Shown here piece by piece: positions 27,001 through 40,043 of a DNA stretch of 64,000 nt (position 1 is the stretch's first letter; every line of letters begins with the position of its first letter). Position numbers and translations under genes: made by a program. The stretch comes from Anaeramoeba ignava BMAN (Eukaryota > Protista > Anaeramoebae): contig JAPDFW010000001.1 in the NCBI GenBank assembly GCA_028826165.1, forward strand, positions 1 to 64,000, given 5' to 3'. The notes beneath the pieces are model-generated. The model was not told where the DNA came from and did not search any database. It saw only the letters and a program-made list of their open reading frames with translations.

Positions 27001-29484
27001 TCTTGGTTTTCTCTTTAATTTCTTTCTTACTTTGTTCTATTTCCTTCTTCTTCTCTTGTTTCTTTGGTATGTCTTCGAGTACTATCCATCTCTCCAGGAA
27101 TTCTTGTCTTCTTCTAACTCTCGTTTGGATATTCACCAACTTGATGATAATTCTTCTCAGGATGATCTTCCTATTTTTGAAGATTCAAAGTTTTTCAATG
27201 TTGATTCTTTATCTAGCAGGAATTCTATTCAAAACAATGACAATCAAGAAAATGTAAATTAAATTTAAATTAAATCAAATTAAATCAAATTAAATTAAAT
27301 TAAATCAAATTAAATCAAATCAAATTAAATTAAATCTAAATCAAATCAAATCAAATTAAATTAAAATAAATTAAATTAAAATAAATTAAATCAAATCAAA
27401 TCAAATTAAATCTAAATTAAATTAAATTAAATTAAATTAAATCAAATTAAATTAAATTGAAATCAAAATAAATCAAATTGAATTAAATCAAATTAAATCA
27501 AATTAAATCTAAATTAAATCAAATCAAATCAAATTAAATCAAATCAAATTGAATTAAATTAAATCAAATTAAATCTAAATCTAAATCAAATTAAATTAAA
27601 TCTAAATCTAAATTAAATCAAATTTAATTAAATTCAAATTAAATTAAATCTAAATCTAAATTAAATCAAATTAAATTCAAACCAAATTAAATCTAATTAA
27701 ATTAAATTAAATTAAATCAAAATTAATTCAAATTAAATCTAATCAAATCAAATTAAAATTAAATTAAATTAAATTAAATCAAATTAAATTAAATTAAATT
27801 AAATTCAAATTAAATCAAATTAAATTAAATTAAATTAAATCAAATTAAATCAAATTAAATTAAATCAAATTAAATTAAATTAAATTAAATCAAATTAAAT
27901 CAAATTAAATTAAATCAAATCTAAATTAAATTAAATTAAATTAAATCAAATTAAATTAAATCAAATTAAATTAAATCAAATTAAATTCAAATTAAATCAA
28001 ATTAAATTAAAATTAAATCAAAATTAAATTAAATTAAATTAAATTAAATTAAATCTAAATCAAATTAATTCAAATTAAATTAAATTAAATCAAATTAAAT
28101 CAAATTAAATTAAATTAAATTAAATTAAATCAAAATTAAATTAAATTAAATTCAAATTAAATTAAATTAAATCAAATTAAATTAAATCAAAATTAAATTA
28201 AATCAAATCAAATTAAATCAAATTAAAATATAAAATAAATATTCAAAAAAAAAATAGTCAAACGAACTCACACAGAATAATAAACCTCACAACAAAAACG
28301 AGCCTTTTTCCAACACAGAAAATATACTATCACCACCAAAATCAAGATCTCGCCAAGGCTCAAAATTCTGGATCATGTATGCAATAACAGTATTCAACAT
28401 ATGGGTGTTCCACTTTTGGAATGGACCAGACATCTTTCTTCAAATCACATACTTTATCCTAATCACACACTCAATAATCTTAGTCTTCACAAACAGAAGA
28501 CTCCTCATTGCCCCATTCACATCACTCTCCTTCGCATTATGCCTCGACAACTTATCGCGTTTCTGCTTCATTTTCTTATTCACAATCGAAATGCTTATTC
28601 TTTCTGATTGGATTCTGCCAATTTTATCAAGAGATGTAATCGAAGATAACGAAAAAGAAAAAGATAAAAATAAAGATAAAGAAAAAGAAAAAGAACTGGA
28701 AATTGAAATTGAAAAAGAAAACAGAGAAGAATTTGAGGAAATCGATGGAGTTCAAGACAAAGAAAATACAAACAACAATCAAAACAAAAATAAAGATAAA
28801 ATCAAAAACAAAGATAAAATCAAAAATAAAAACACACAAGATCTTGAAGAAATACAAGAAAATCAAGGATATAATTTCACTCAAAATCACGATCCAAAAT
28901 TCCACAATTTGGATCGTGAGAATTTTGGACGGAATTCAGAACCTTTTCAAATATTCAACCAAGAGCATCAATCAGCAGCGAACACACAGATTCTAAAAGA
29001 GCGGCATTTATTAGTTGCACTTGCGATTATTTTCCAAGCGTTTGCGGATTGGGTTGAGATTCGGAAGGAGAACTTCTCGTTTTCTATTGACACTGCACCA
29101 GGAGAGACAGGGGTTAACCATGTCAAAGTTCCGATGGTGTCCCTATTTCTCATGGTGTTTCACAAATGGTCTATGCCAGGGTTCCTTTTGTTCGGTTATC
29201 TTGCGCGTCTTAATCTTACTCCATCGCATAAGCTTACTACTTGGAGAGTTCTTCTTCAAATTGCTCTTCTTTCTCTCTTCTTGTTCCAGGTTAAGTTCTT
29301 TATTTACCATACTTATGAGGATATTCTTGTTGCTAGCATCACTTATTCTACTATCGCTGTTCTTGTTGGTTCTGATTGGCTTTTTTCTTCTTTTAATGTT
29401 TTGGCTTCTTTTAAAAAGTTCCTCATTCAGAAATGGCAAGAAAGAGATTTTTTTACTAAAAATGAAAAAAGATATTTTCTTTAA
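24015..29484 (+). CDS. GPI ethanolamine phosphate transferase (PIG-O/PIG-G family), 4 exons
   Basis: Exons 24015-24318, 24465-24600, 25630-27253 and 28258-29484 join in frame. Alkaline-phosphatase-superfamily motifs FVDSLAYD, MDHVHH, NSDHGG and DVCPT. Polytopic C terminus. Confidence 0.8.
24625..25610. repeat. Intronic 12-mer satellite (TTATAAATWAAA)n
   Basis: Fills intron 2 of the PIG gene. Confidence 0.9.
27256..28230. repeat. Intronic pentamer satellite (AAATT/AAATC)n
   Basis: Fills intron 3 of the PIG gene. Confidence 0.9.
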
Positions 29485-29559
29485 GCATTTTAGAAATTTA
29501 GAAACAAATTTTAAAAGAATTTAAAAATAAATTTAAAATCATTTCAAAAGGATTTTAAA

Positions 29560-30360
29560 AGAAATTTATAATTAAATTTCAAAAGAATTTCAAAAGAATT
29601 TTATAATTAAATTTATAATTAAATTTATAATTAAATTTATAATTAAATTTTATAATTAAATTTATAATTAAATTTATAATTAAATTTATAATTAAATTTA
29701 TAATTAAATTTATAATTAAATTTATAATTAAATTTATAATTAAATTTATAATAAAATTTATAATTAAATTTATAATTAATTTTATAATTATATTTATAAC
29801 TAAATTTATAATTAAATTTATAATTAAATTTATAATTAAATTTATAATTAAATTTATAAATAAATTAATAATCAAATTTATAATTAAATTTTTATAATTA
29901 TATAAATTTATAATTAAATTTATAATTAAATTTATAATTAAATTTATAATTAAATTGATAATTAAATTTTATAATTAAATTTATAATTAAATTTATAATT
30001 AAATTTATAATTAAATTTATAATTAAATTTATAATTAAATTTATAATTAAATTTATAATTAAATTTATAATTAAATTTATAATTAAATTTATAATTAAAT
30101 TTATAATTAAATTTATAATTAAATTTATAATTAAATTTATAATTAAATTTATAATTAAATTTATAAATTATAACAAAATTTATAATTAATTTTATAATTA
30201 AATTTATAAAAATTTATAATTAAAATAATTAAATTTATAATTAAATTTATAATTAAATTTATAATTAAATTTATAATTAAATTTATAATTAAATTTATAA
30301 TTAAATTTATAATTAAATTTATAATTAAATTGATAATTAAATTTATAATTAAATTTAAAA
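29560..30360. repeat. Intergenic 12-mer satellite (TTTATAATTAAA)n
   Basis: Directly visible between convergent genes. Confidence 0.9.
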
Positions 30361-30610
30361 TTTTAGAAAGAAATTAAAAAATTTTGTTTTTGGAATTAGA
30401 TTAACATTTTTCTTGATTTCTTTTGATTGAATAATCAATTCCATTTTGATTAAAAAAAAATTTTTTTGTTTTAAAAAAAAAATTAAAATTAAAAAGGTAA
30501 AAAAAGTGGAACGAAAATAAGAAGAAAAAATAAAGAAAAATGAAGATAAAAAAAATGAAAGGAGGAATTGATAATTTGATTCAATTCTGAAATCAAATTT
30601 TGTTTTGGAA

Positions 30611-33600
30611 TCAATCTTTATCATCATCATCAAGATTTGCCATATTTTGTTGATTAATTCTTTCACGAAGTTGTCTTGCAAGATATTGTAAAACAAAATC
30701 TGGTCCTTCTTCACAAATTTGTTCTGGTGGACTTTTTAATGGATTATCAAGTACATCTAATTCTGTGAGGTTACTTAATAATGCTATTTCTGGTGGAAGA
30801 ATTGTTAATTTATTTTCTGAAACCTTTTTTTTGAATTAATTTTAATTTTAATTTTAATTTTAATTTTAATTATAATTTTAATTTTAATTTTTATTTTATA
30901 ATTTTAATTTTTAATTATAATTTTAATTAAAATTAAAAATTATAATTATAATTACATTAAATTCTTTTAAAGAACATAATAATCCTATTTCTGGTGGAAG
31001 CTCTTTAAGTTTATTTCCTGATAAAACTAAACTTTCTAAAAGAGATAATTTTCCAATTTGTGGAGGAATTTTTTCCAATTTGTTTTCTTCCATTTTTAAT
31101 ATAGTTAAACTTTTTAATTCTCCAAAAGATTGTGGTAATTGAGTAATTTTGTTTTCATTAAGAAACAATTCTCTAATTAATTTTGATTTTAATTTTAATT
31201 TTAATTTAAATTTTGATTTTGATTTTAATTTTAATTATAATTTTAATTTTAATTTTAAGGGGGTAGTCTCCTTGTAAGTGAGTATAAAAGAAAATTTTTT
31301 TAATGCTCTATTTTTTGATTTTTATTTTTTTATTAAATGAAGATTCTCTTCATTCTTTATTCCTAAAATTTTATTCTGAGTCACTTTCCAAAACTTCTTT
31401 TTTATTTCTCTCAATTTATTTATAGATTTTTCATTTTTTAACTCAACTCAATTAGATTTCTAGTTTTTTCTTTTCAATGTTTTCCCTTTATTTTCATATG
31501 TTTAGATTATTTTGTTCAAGAAATTTGACACCATGTATCGTGGGTATTTCAAATCTATGTTCTTAAGCAAATTTAAATTTTTTAAAAAGAAAGAAAAACC
31601 ATTATCCATTTTTTTTTATTTTTGAAATTTTTTTTTCTTCAATAAGAAAGTTTGATCCAAATTCGAATTTTGATTCAAATTCTTCTCTCAAACAAAATTA
31701 GTTTTATTGAAGAGAAATAAAAGTTGATGAAATGATTACTTGAAAATCAAGAAAGGAATTTTTAAATGAAAATCTCAAAAGTGAATGTAATTGGGTATTG
31801 GCCAATACCCAATGGGAAAATTTTTTTAAAGAACTATATTATTATTGAGAAAAGTATTTGAATATCTGGTATTTGTTTTGTGGTATTTCAATCAAAACAA
31901 AAATGAAATATCTGAGAGATATTATTTCTTATCTATCTTGTTGGTTCATTTTCATGATAAAAAAGAATGGAAAAAAAATTCTTATTGAAAAAAAATTTTG
32001 AATAGGAGGAGACTACCCCCTTAATTTTAATTTTAATTTTAATTTTAATTTTAATTTTAATTTTAATTTTAATTTTAATTTTAATTTTAATTTTAATTTT
32101 AAATTTGATTTTAATTTTTGATTTTAATTTTAATTTTAATTTTAATTTTAATTTTAATTTTTATTTTATAATTTTAATTTTACTTTAATGAATTTAATTT
32201 GCTTATTTCTTTGGGTAAACTATTCAGTTTATTATCATTGATATTCATTTTACGAAGAGAAGAAAGAGTTTCAATTTGAGGAGGTAATTCTTTTAATTGA
32301 TTTCCTTCTATTTGAACTTCCTTTAAATTATTAAGTTTTCCAATTTCAGGAGGTAATGATTGTAATTGATTCTCATTTAAATTTAATTCATGAACTTTTT
32401 GTAGATTACCAATTTCAGGTGGAAGTGATACAAATTCATTATTGGAAAGATCCAATGTTTGCAAAGAAGTAAGATAACTAATTGATCGTGGAAGATTTGA
32501 TAGCTGACTATAAGCTAAATTTAAATCTGTTAATTCTCCAAAATTCTTGAATAAATCCTCTTGTAATGTTCTTAATGGATTTCTGTTTAGCATTAAAAGC
32601 TTTAAAGAAGTTAATTGGTTTAATTCTGGTGGTAATGAAATTAGTTGATTTCCTATTTTAATTTTAATTTTAATTTTAATTTTAATTTTTGATTTAATTT
32701 TGATTTTAAATTTAATTTTAATTTTTAAATTTAATTTTAATTTTAATTTTAATTTTGATTTAATTTTAATTTTAATTTTAATTTTAATTTTAATTTTAAT
32801 TTTAATTTTAATTTTAATTTTAATTTTAATTTTAATTTTAATTTTAATTTTAATTTTAATTTTGATTTTAATTTGTATTTTTAATTTTAATTTTAATTTT
32901 AATTTTAATTTTAATTTTAATTTTAATTTTAATTTTAATTTTAATTTTAATTTTAAATTTAAATTTAAATTTAATTTGTATTTGCTCCCAAACCTTCAAG
33001 ATCCAATTCTTGTAATGTTTTAATATTAACAATTGTTGATGGTATTTCTTTGAGTGAATTATAGCTTAAATGTAATTTTGTTAATGTTTTACAACTTCCA
33101 ATATTTGGATCAAGTTTAACTAATTTATTATATCTAGCATCTAATATTCTCAAATTTCCCATAGTTCCAACCCAAGATCCAATTTGTGTAATTTGATTAT
33201 ATGAAAGATCAAGCACATTCAAATTGTTTAATTTTCCCATCTGAAAAGTAAATTAATTATTAAAAGAAAAATATTATTTTATTAAATATTATTTTATTAA
33301 TTATTTTTTATTGATAATATTTTATTAATTATTTTTATTAAATATTATTTTTTCTTAAAGCGATAAAAACATTTGATTTTAAATTTATTCCTTTTTATAA
33401 ATTGATTTATTTTTTAATGATGCAAGTTTCCCAATTTGAATTAATATTAATTTTTATTAAATATTATTTTATTGCTATTATTTTAAATAATATTTTATTA
33501 ATTATTTTACTTCTTTTGGAATATCATTGATTTTGTTTCTTCTAAGCGATAAAAACATTAATGATTTTAAATTTCCAATCTCTTTTGGTAATGTTGTAAA

Positions 33601-35233
33601 TTGATTGAATCTTGCATAAAACTTCTTTAATGATGCAAGTTTCCCAATAGTTGAAGGTAAAGACGTTAATTTGTTATGTCTAACATCTAGCATTTCCAAT
33701 AATTTTAATTTTCCAATTGATTTAGGAAGCTATTTATTTATTTAGTTATTTTATAAAATCAATTTATTTGTTTATTTTTTATTAAATTGAATTAATTTAC
33801 TGTAACTAAATGATTTTCTGAAAGTGATAATCTACGTAATTTATTAAGACTTCCAATATTGTCTGGTAAAGAATCAAGTTTATTTTCATATCTATTTTTT
33901 TAAATAAAATTATTAAATTAGATTTATATTTATATTTATATTTATATTTATATTTAGATTTATATTTATATTTATATTTATATTTATATTTATATTTATA
34001 TTTATATTTATATTTATATTTATATTTATATTTATATTTATATTTATATTTATATTTATATTTATATTTATATTTATATTTATATTTTATATTTTGTTTT
34101 TAGTTTTATTTATATTTATATTTTATATTTTATTTATATTTATGTTTATTTTATATTTATATTTATATTATATTTATATTTGTATATATTTTGTATTTTA
34201 TATTTATGTTTTTTTTGTATTTTGTATTTATATTTATATTTTATTTTTATATTTTATTTGTATTTATATTTATATTTGTATTTATATTTTATATTTATAC
34301 ATTTATATTTTTTTATATTTATATTTATATTTATATTTATATTTATATTTATATTTTATATTTATATTTATATTTATATTTATATTTATATTTATATTTA
34401 TATTTATATTTATATTTATATTTATATTTTATATTTATATTTATATTTATATTTATATTTATATTTATATTTATATTTATGTTTTATTTATATTTATATT
34501 TTATATTTATATTTATATTTATATTTATATTTATATTTATATTTATATTTATATTTATATTTATATTTATATTTATATTTATATTTATATTTATATTTAT
34601 ATTTATATTTTATATATTTATATTTTATATTTATATTTATATTTATATTTTTATATTTATTTATATTTATATTTATATTTATATTTATTTATATTTATAT
34701 TTATATTTATATTTATTTATATTTATATTTATATTTATATTTATATTTTATTTTATATTATATTTATATTTTTATATTTTATATTTTTTATATTTATATT
34801 TTTATTTTATATTTATATTTAGATTTATATTTAGATTTATATTTATATTTATATTTATATTTATATTTATATTTATAATTATATTTATATTTATATTTAG
34901 ATTTATATTTATATTTATATTTATATTTATATTTATATTTATATTTTTAAATTGAAATGTTTATGTGTTTTTTTTGTGTTTTTTTGTGTTTTTCTGTGTC
35001 TTTTTTTTCTTTTTCTTTCTTTTTTTGTTTATTTTTATTTTTTTTGTTAATAAATAAATAATCTAATAATAAAAAACATACGCATATAAATCTTCTAAAG
35101 AATGAATTTTAACAATTTCTTTGGGAAGTTGAGTTAACTCTCTTCGATTTAAATCCAAATATTTTTCTTTGGATTTTAATGCATTTTCAATAAGTTTTTG
35201 AGTAGGAATTTCAGGTTGAGCATTCTCAGTCAT
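30611..35233 (-). CDS. Leucine-rich-repeat protein, SHOC2/SUR-8-like, multi-exon
   Basis: ATG at 35233 (MTENAQPEIP). LRRs LSLSENHL, LEMLDVRHNKL, FYARFNQF and LSLRRNKI follow the SHOC2 order. C-terminal cap PPEQICEEGPDFVLQYL; stop at 30611. Confidence 0.75.
31259..32020. mobile_element. 762-bp non-autonomous TIR DNA transposon (MITE), Kolobok-like
   Basis: Perfect 14-bp TIRs GGGGGTAGTCTCCT / AGGAGACTACCCCC, flanked by TTAA at 31255-31258 and 32021-32024. It interrupts a (TTTTAA)n intronic array. No transposase ORF. Confidence 0.85.
33915..34950. repeat. Intronic hexamer satellite (TTTATA)n
   Basis: Fills intron 1 of the LRR gene and produces spurious IF/YL ORFs. Confidence 0.9.
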
Positions 35234-35708
35234 TTTTTTAAAGAAAAATAAGAAGAAAAATGAAAAAAAAATTCAAAAACAAAAAAAACAAAAAAAACAA
35301 AAAAAATAATTGACATTTTATTTAAAAATTTTTTTTTTCTTTTTTTTTCATTTGAATTTTTCATTTTTAAATTTTTAAAAATAAAGTCATTTTGTTGTTT
35401 CTCATTGTCCATACTCTCATAACAAGTAAAATTTAATTAAATCTTTCCAAAATAATTAACATGCCAGTTAAGTTATAATGTTTATAAAGAAAAAATCAAA
35501 TTAAACCTGTATTAATTTTGCATAAATTCAAAACATGAAATTTATTTAAAAATAATAAATATAAATAAAGCCTTATTTATATTTATTAAACATCAGTTCT
35601 GCTATTATGCTATTTTTTTTTTAGCGAATAAAAAAAATGAAAAAAAAAATTTTGAAAATCTTTTTTCATTTTTTCGTTTTTTCATTTTTTTTCATTTCTT
35701 TTCTTTAA

Positions 35709-38700
35709 ATGTTTTCGAATGAAAAATCAAATTTTATTCCAAAATTAATCTTTAAATTAATTTCTCGAATTTTTCCAAAATCTTCCAAAAAAGAAAAAAC
35801 CAAAATTCAAAAGTTATTTTCTTATTCAATTAATCATATCCAACAAAATCCATTTTCTTTAAATAAAGAAATTGAAGGAAACAAAATATTAGAAATTATA
35901 AGACAAAAATGTAGATAAAAAACAATTTAAATGTTATATATACAAAATATCCAATATGAAATTTAATTATTTTATATAAAAAATATTCAATATGAAATTT
36001 AAATGTTTTATATATAAAATATTCAATATGAAATTTAAATGTTTTATATATAAAATATTCAATATGAAATTTAATTGTTATATAAAATATTTAATATAAA
36101 ATTTAATTATTTTATATATAAAATATTCAATATGAAATTTAATTGTTATATAAAATATCCAATATAAAATTTAATTATTTTATATATAAAATATCCAATA
36201 TGAAATTTAAATGTTATATACAAAATATTTAATATAAAATTTAATTATATTATATAAAAAATATCCAATATGAAATTTAAATATTTTATATATAAAATAT
36301 TCAATTTGAAATTTAAATGTTTTATATATGAAATTTAATTATTTTATATAAAAAATATTCAATATGAAATTTAATTGTTTTATATATAAAATATTCAATA
36401 TGAAATTTAATTGTTATATAAAATATTCAATTTGAAATTTAATTATTTATTATAATAATTTTCTTTTGGAATAAATTAATCAGTATTCGAAAATCAAGAA
36501 GCATCAAAAGTTGTTAAAGTTACTGAAAAATATCACAATCTAAAATCATCACAAGCTTTTTCAGCAAAAACAATTAATGGAATTTTGCTAGTTTTAAATG
36601 AATTACAAAGAAGTCAACGGAATTCTCATCAAAAAAATATCGATCCAAAACCAAATTTGATCAGGAAAAAAAGATATCCATTTGAGGAATTTCTGACAGA
36701 AAATCAAATGAAAATCCCATTATATAAAAACAAAGGGAATGGAGCCAACACAAAATTTGATATTTTGGAGACTTATTTAGTGGATGATGTTATTTGTGCT
36801 TTGGAAGGCAAAAAAACTCAATTTGTGGAATTTGATTCGAAGAAAAACATGTTCCAAATCAAAGAAAGCGTTGGTGTTCCAAAACCAGCGCGGCATTTAA
36901 TTGCCAAAATATGTGAGTTAGCATGGATTTATAAACAAGCACAAGAATTCATTGAAGAAAAAGCAAAAAATCCTGAATTGACAAACAAAACCGAAAAGGC
37001 GTTTTGTGAGAGTTTAAAGTATGAATTTAGCATTTATTTGCAGAAAATACAACGAATCCGGCAGCAATATAAACGACTTCAAAACCAAAATAAGAAAAAA
37101 TATGGAAAAGGAGCCTTCAAATGAGTTAATGCTGCTATTTGGGGATTGCGGACTCACATTACATTCTGTTTATTCTCAAGTGCGTTTATTAGTTATCAAA
37201 TACAAGGTCATTTACGGACTCGTTGATTCGGTTTCCCAAAAGGAAGCTGGTCAATTATTATCAACAGCGTTTGATTTTTTCCAGCATGGAGACAGAAAAG
37301 TCAAGAAAATTATATCCAGAATCCTCACAAAAACATGGCAACCGATTTTGGATATGATTTATAACTGGATCACTCGTGGCAAGATTGACGACCCTTTCGC
37401 AGAGTTTTTTATTCATATCAACAAAAGAATCCCAAATATTTATTTTTGGAAAGAAAAATACTTGCTAATCGCAGAAAAAATACCCAAATTCATCAACGCA
37501 GAATTTGCAAACAAGATTTTTTTAATCGGAAAAAACATTAATTTCATGCGTATTTGCAACAAGATTCACAAGGAAAATGAATTTGAATTCCCAATTTTCC
37601 AGACAACTATGCAACTAGCAAATGTATCCAAAAAAAAGCAATCAGATAATCTAAAGGATTCAAATGAAAATGTGGAAGATGAGCAGAAAGAAATTATTTT
37701 GGATAATTCTGGAAATGGAGACGAAAAAAATTTCATTGAAAAATTTTATGAGAAAATGAAGAAGCTTGAAAACGAAGTGAGAAAATCGATTCTCAAAACA
37801 AACAAGCAAGTTCTAGAAACAATCCACACAAAATTTCATTTTATGGAGCATTGCACATCAATAAAGAATTTCCTCTTATGCGGAAGAGGAGATTTTATAT
37901 ATTATCTCATAGATTGTCTTGGCGACGAACTTTCGAAGCCCGTAAATACAATTTTGGAGATCAATCTTGGCGGGCTTTTGAATTCTGCAATTCGAAAAAC
38001 GAATGCAGGTAGTTTGTATGTGGATATTATTCGCAGACTAGAAATTGAATTACTCAAGACAAACGAAAGTCAAGAATCACAAAAAAAAATACTTGGATGG
38101 GATGCTTTTTGCTTGAAATACAAAGTAGATTTTCCAATAACAACAGTTATAAACGAGCCCTCAATTGCTCTTTATTCGAAAATTTTCTTGTTTTTATGGA
38201 GATTGAAAAGAGCCGAATTTGCATTGTCTCAGGCATGGCAATGGGACATGATTTCATCGGCTTTGTTTGCGCGATTCCCAGGAATAGCAGAATCGCTGCA
38301 TAAGTTTTTTCTTTTAAGAAGTGAAATGACACATTGTGTTTATAATCTACAGCATTATGTTATGTTTGAGGTTTTGGAATGCTCTTGGAATCAATTCTGC
38401 GAAAATGTTCACAAAGCAGAGGATTTAGATTCGCTTATTGATATTCATGAGAAATATTTGGATAGCATCTTCGATCAGTTGATGCTAACAAAAACTTGTC
38501 AGTCGCTTATTCAACAAATATACAAGTTGTTATCGTTTGTGATGGAATTTAAAAAATTTCAGGATAAATTGCACGAAGCTGGTTTTCAAGAGAATCGGGG
38601 TTTTGATTCAAATAAAACAATTTATGATGGTTTTCTTTTGTTTTCTCAAAAAAAGAAAAATGTGGACAAGAAGAATTCTACTCCTCGTTCAGATAAAATT

Positions 38701-38976
38701 ATCCAAAAATTACCTCAAAAAATTTATTCATTTTCAGAAAATTTCCAGATGATAATTGAAGGTTTTATTGATTTGATTGTTCAATATGAACCATCAAGAC
38801 CGATTCTTTCTGAATTACGTTATCGACTTGATTTTAATCAATTTTATGAGAAAAGAATTCAAAAGGAGATGAAAGCTGTAAGGATTGCACATACAATTCG
38901 ATCATCAGCTAAAAAGACACAAGAAAACAGTGATCATTCTTTTCGTCGAAAGAAAATAAAATTTGGGAAGATTTGA
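35709..38976 (+). CDS. TUBGCP3: Gamma-tubulin complex component 3 (GCP3/Spc98), 2 exons, one apparent frameshift at ~37095
   Basis: Motifs FLLCGRGDFI, GWDAFCLKYKVDFPI, YSKIFLFLWRLKRAE, YVMFEVLECSW, AEDLDSLIDIHEKYL and RLDFNQFY. Intron ~35910-36483. Confidence 0.85.
35925..36450. repeat. Intronic ~30-bp minisatellite (AAATATTCAATATGAAATTTAA...)
   Basis: Directly visible in the GCP3 intron. Confidence 0.85.
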
Positions 38977-39014
38977 AATACTTTTTGAAATGAATTTATA
39001 AATAATTTTTTTTT

Positions 39015-39810
39015 TAAATATTTAAATAAATTTAATAATAAATATTTAAATAAATTTAATAATAAATATTTAAATAAATTTAATAATAAATATTTAAATA
39101 AATTTAATAATAAATATTTAAATAAATTTAATAATAAATATTTAAATAAATTTAATAATAAATATTTAAATAAATTTAATAATAAATATTTAAATAATTT
39201 TAATAATAAATATTTAAATAAATTTAATAATAAATATTTAAATAAATTTAATAATAAATATTTAAATAATTTTTAATAAATATTTAAATAAATTTAATAA
39301 TAAATATTTAAATAATTTTAATAAATATTCATTCCACTTTTTGTTTTGAAATATTTAAATCAATTTAATAATAAATATTTAAATAAATTAAATAAATATT
39401 TATTCCACTTTTTGTTTTGGAATTGAAATAAATATTCATTCCACTTTTTGTTTTGAAATATTTAAATAAATTTAATAATAAATATTTAAATAAATTTAAT
39501 AATAAATATTTAAATAAATTTTAAATTAAATTTTAAATAAATTTAATAATAAATATTTAAATAAATTTAATAATAAATATTTAAATCAATTTAATAAATA
39601 TTCATTCCACTTTTTTGTTTTGGAATATTTAAATAAATATTCATTCCACTTTTTTGTTTTGGAATATTTAAATAAATTTAATAATAAATATTTAAATAAA
39701 TTTAATAAATATTCATTCCACTTTTTTGTTTTGGAATATTTAAATAAATATTCATTCCACTTTTTTGTTTTGAAATATTTAAATAAATTTTAAATTAAAT
39801 ATTTAAATAA
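39015..39810. repeat. Intergenic 24-mer satellite (AAATATTTAAATAAATTTAATAAT)n with embedded ATTCCACTTTT units
   Basis: Directly visible. ATTCCAC occurs at ~39331, 39402, 39438, 39604, 39643, 39715 and 39754. Confidence 0.85.
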
Positions 39811-40043
39811 AAATTTTTCGACTTTTAAATTAAAAAAAAAAAAAGGAGAAAAAAAAAAATAATTTAATTAAAAAAAAGAAAAAGAAAAAAATTTTTTTTA
39901 TCTTAAATTTTCAATTAAAAAAAAAAAAAATGAAAAAAAAAATTAAAAAAAAAAATCAGTTTTTCTTTTCTTGATAGACTCTTTATTCTTGTGATCATTT
40001 TTATACAAAAGAAAAAAAAAAAATTTTTAAACAGAATTTTCAA

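Noticed and set aside
31259-32020. piggyBac assignment or a transposase gene in the insertion
   Set aside because: The termini are GG..CC rather than CC..GG, and no substantial ORF is present inside.
34094-34955. Long IF/YL/IY-repeat ORFs, and similar ORFs at 29579, 32700, 44147, 51460, 61286 and 62525
   Set aside because: These are stop-free frames of intronic or intergenic microsatellites, not genes.
37080-37124. Programmed frameshift in GCP3 between ORFs 36585-37124 and 37021-38976
   Set aside because: The shift falls in A-homopolymer-rich sequence, and the window has many similar indels. Assembly error is far more likely.
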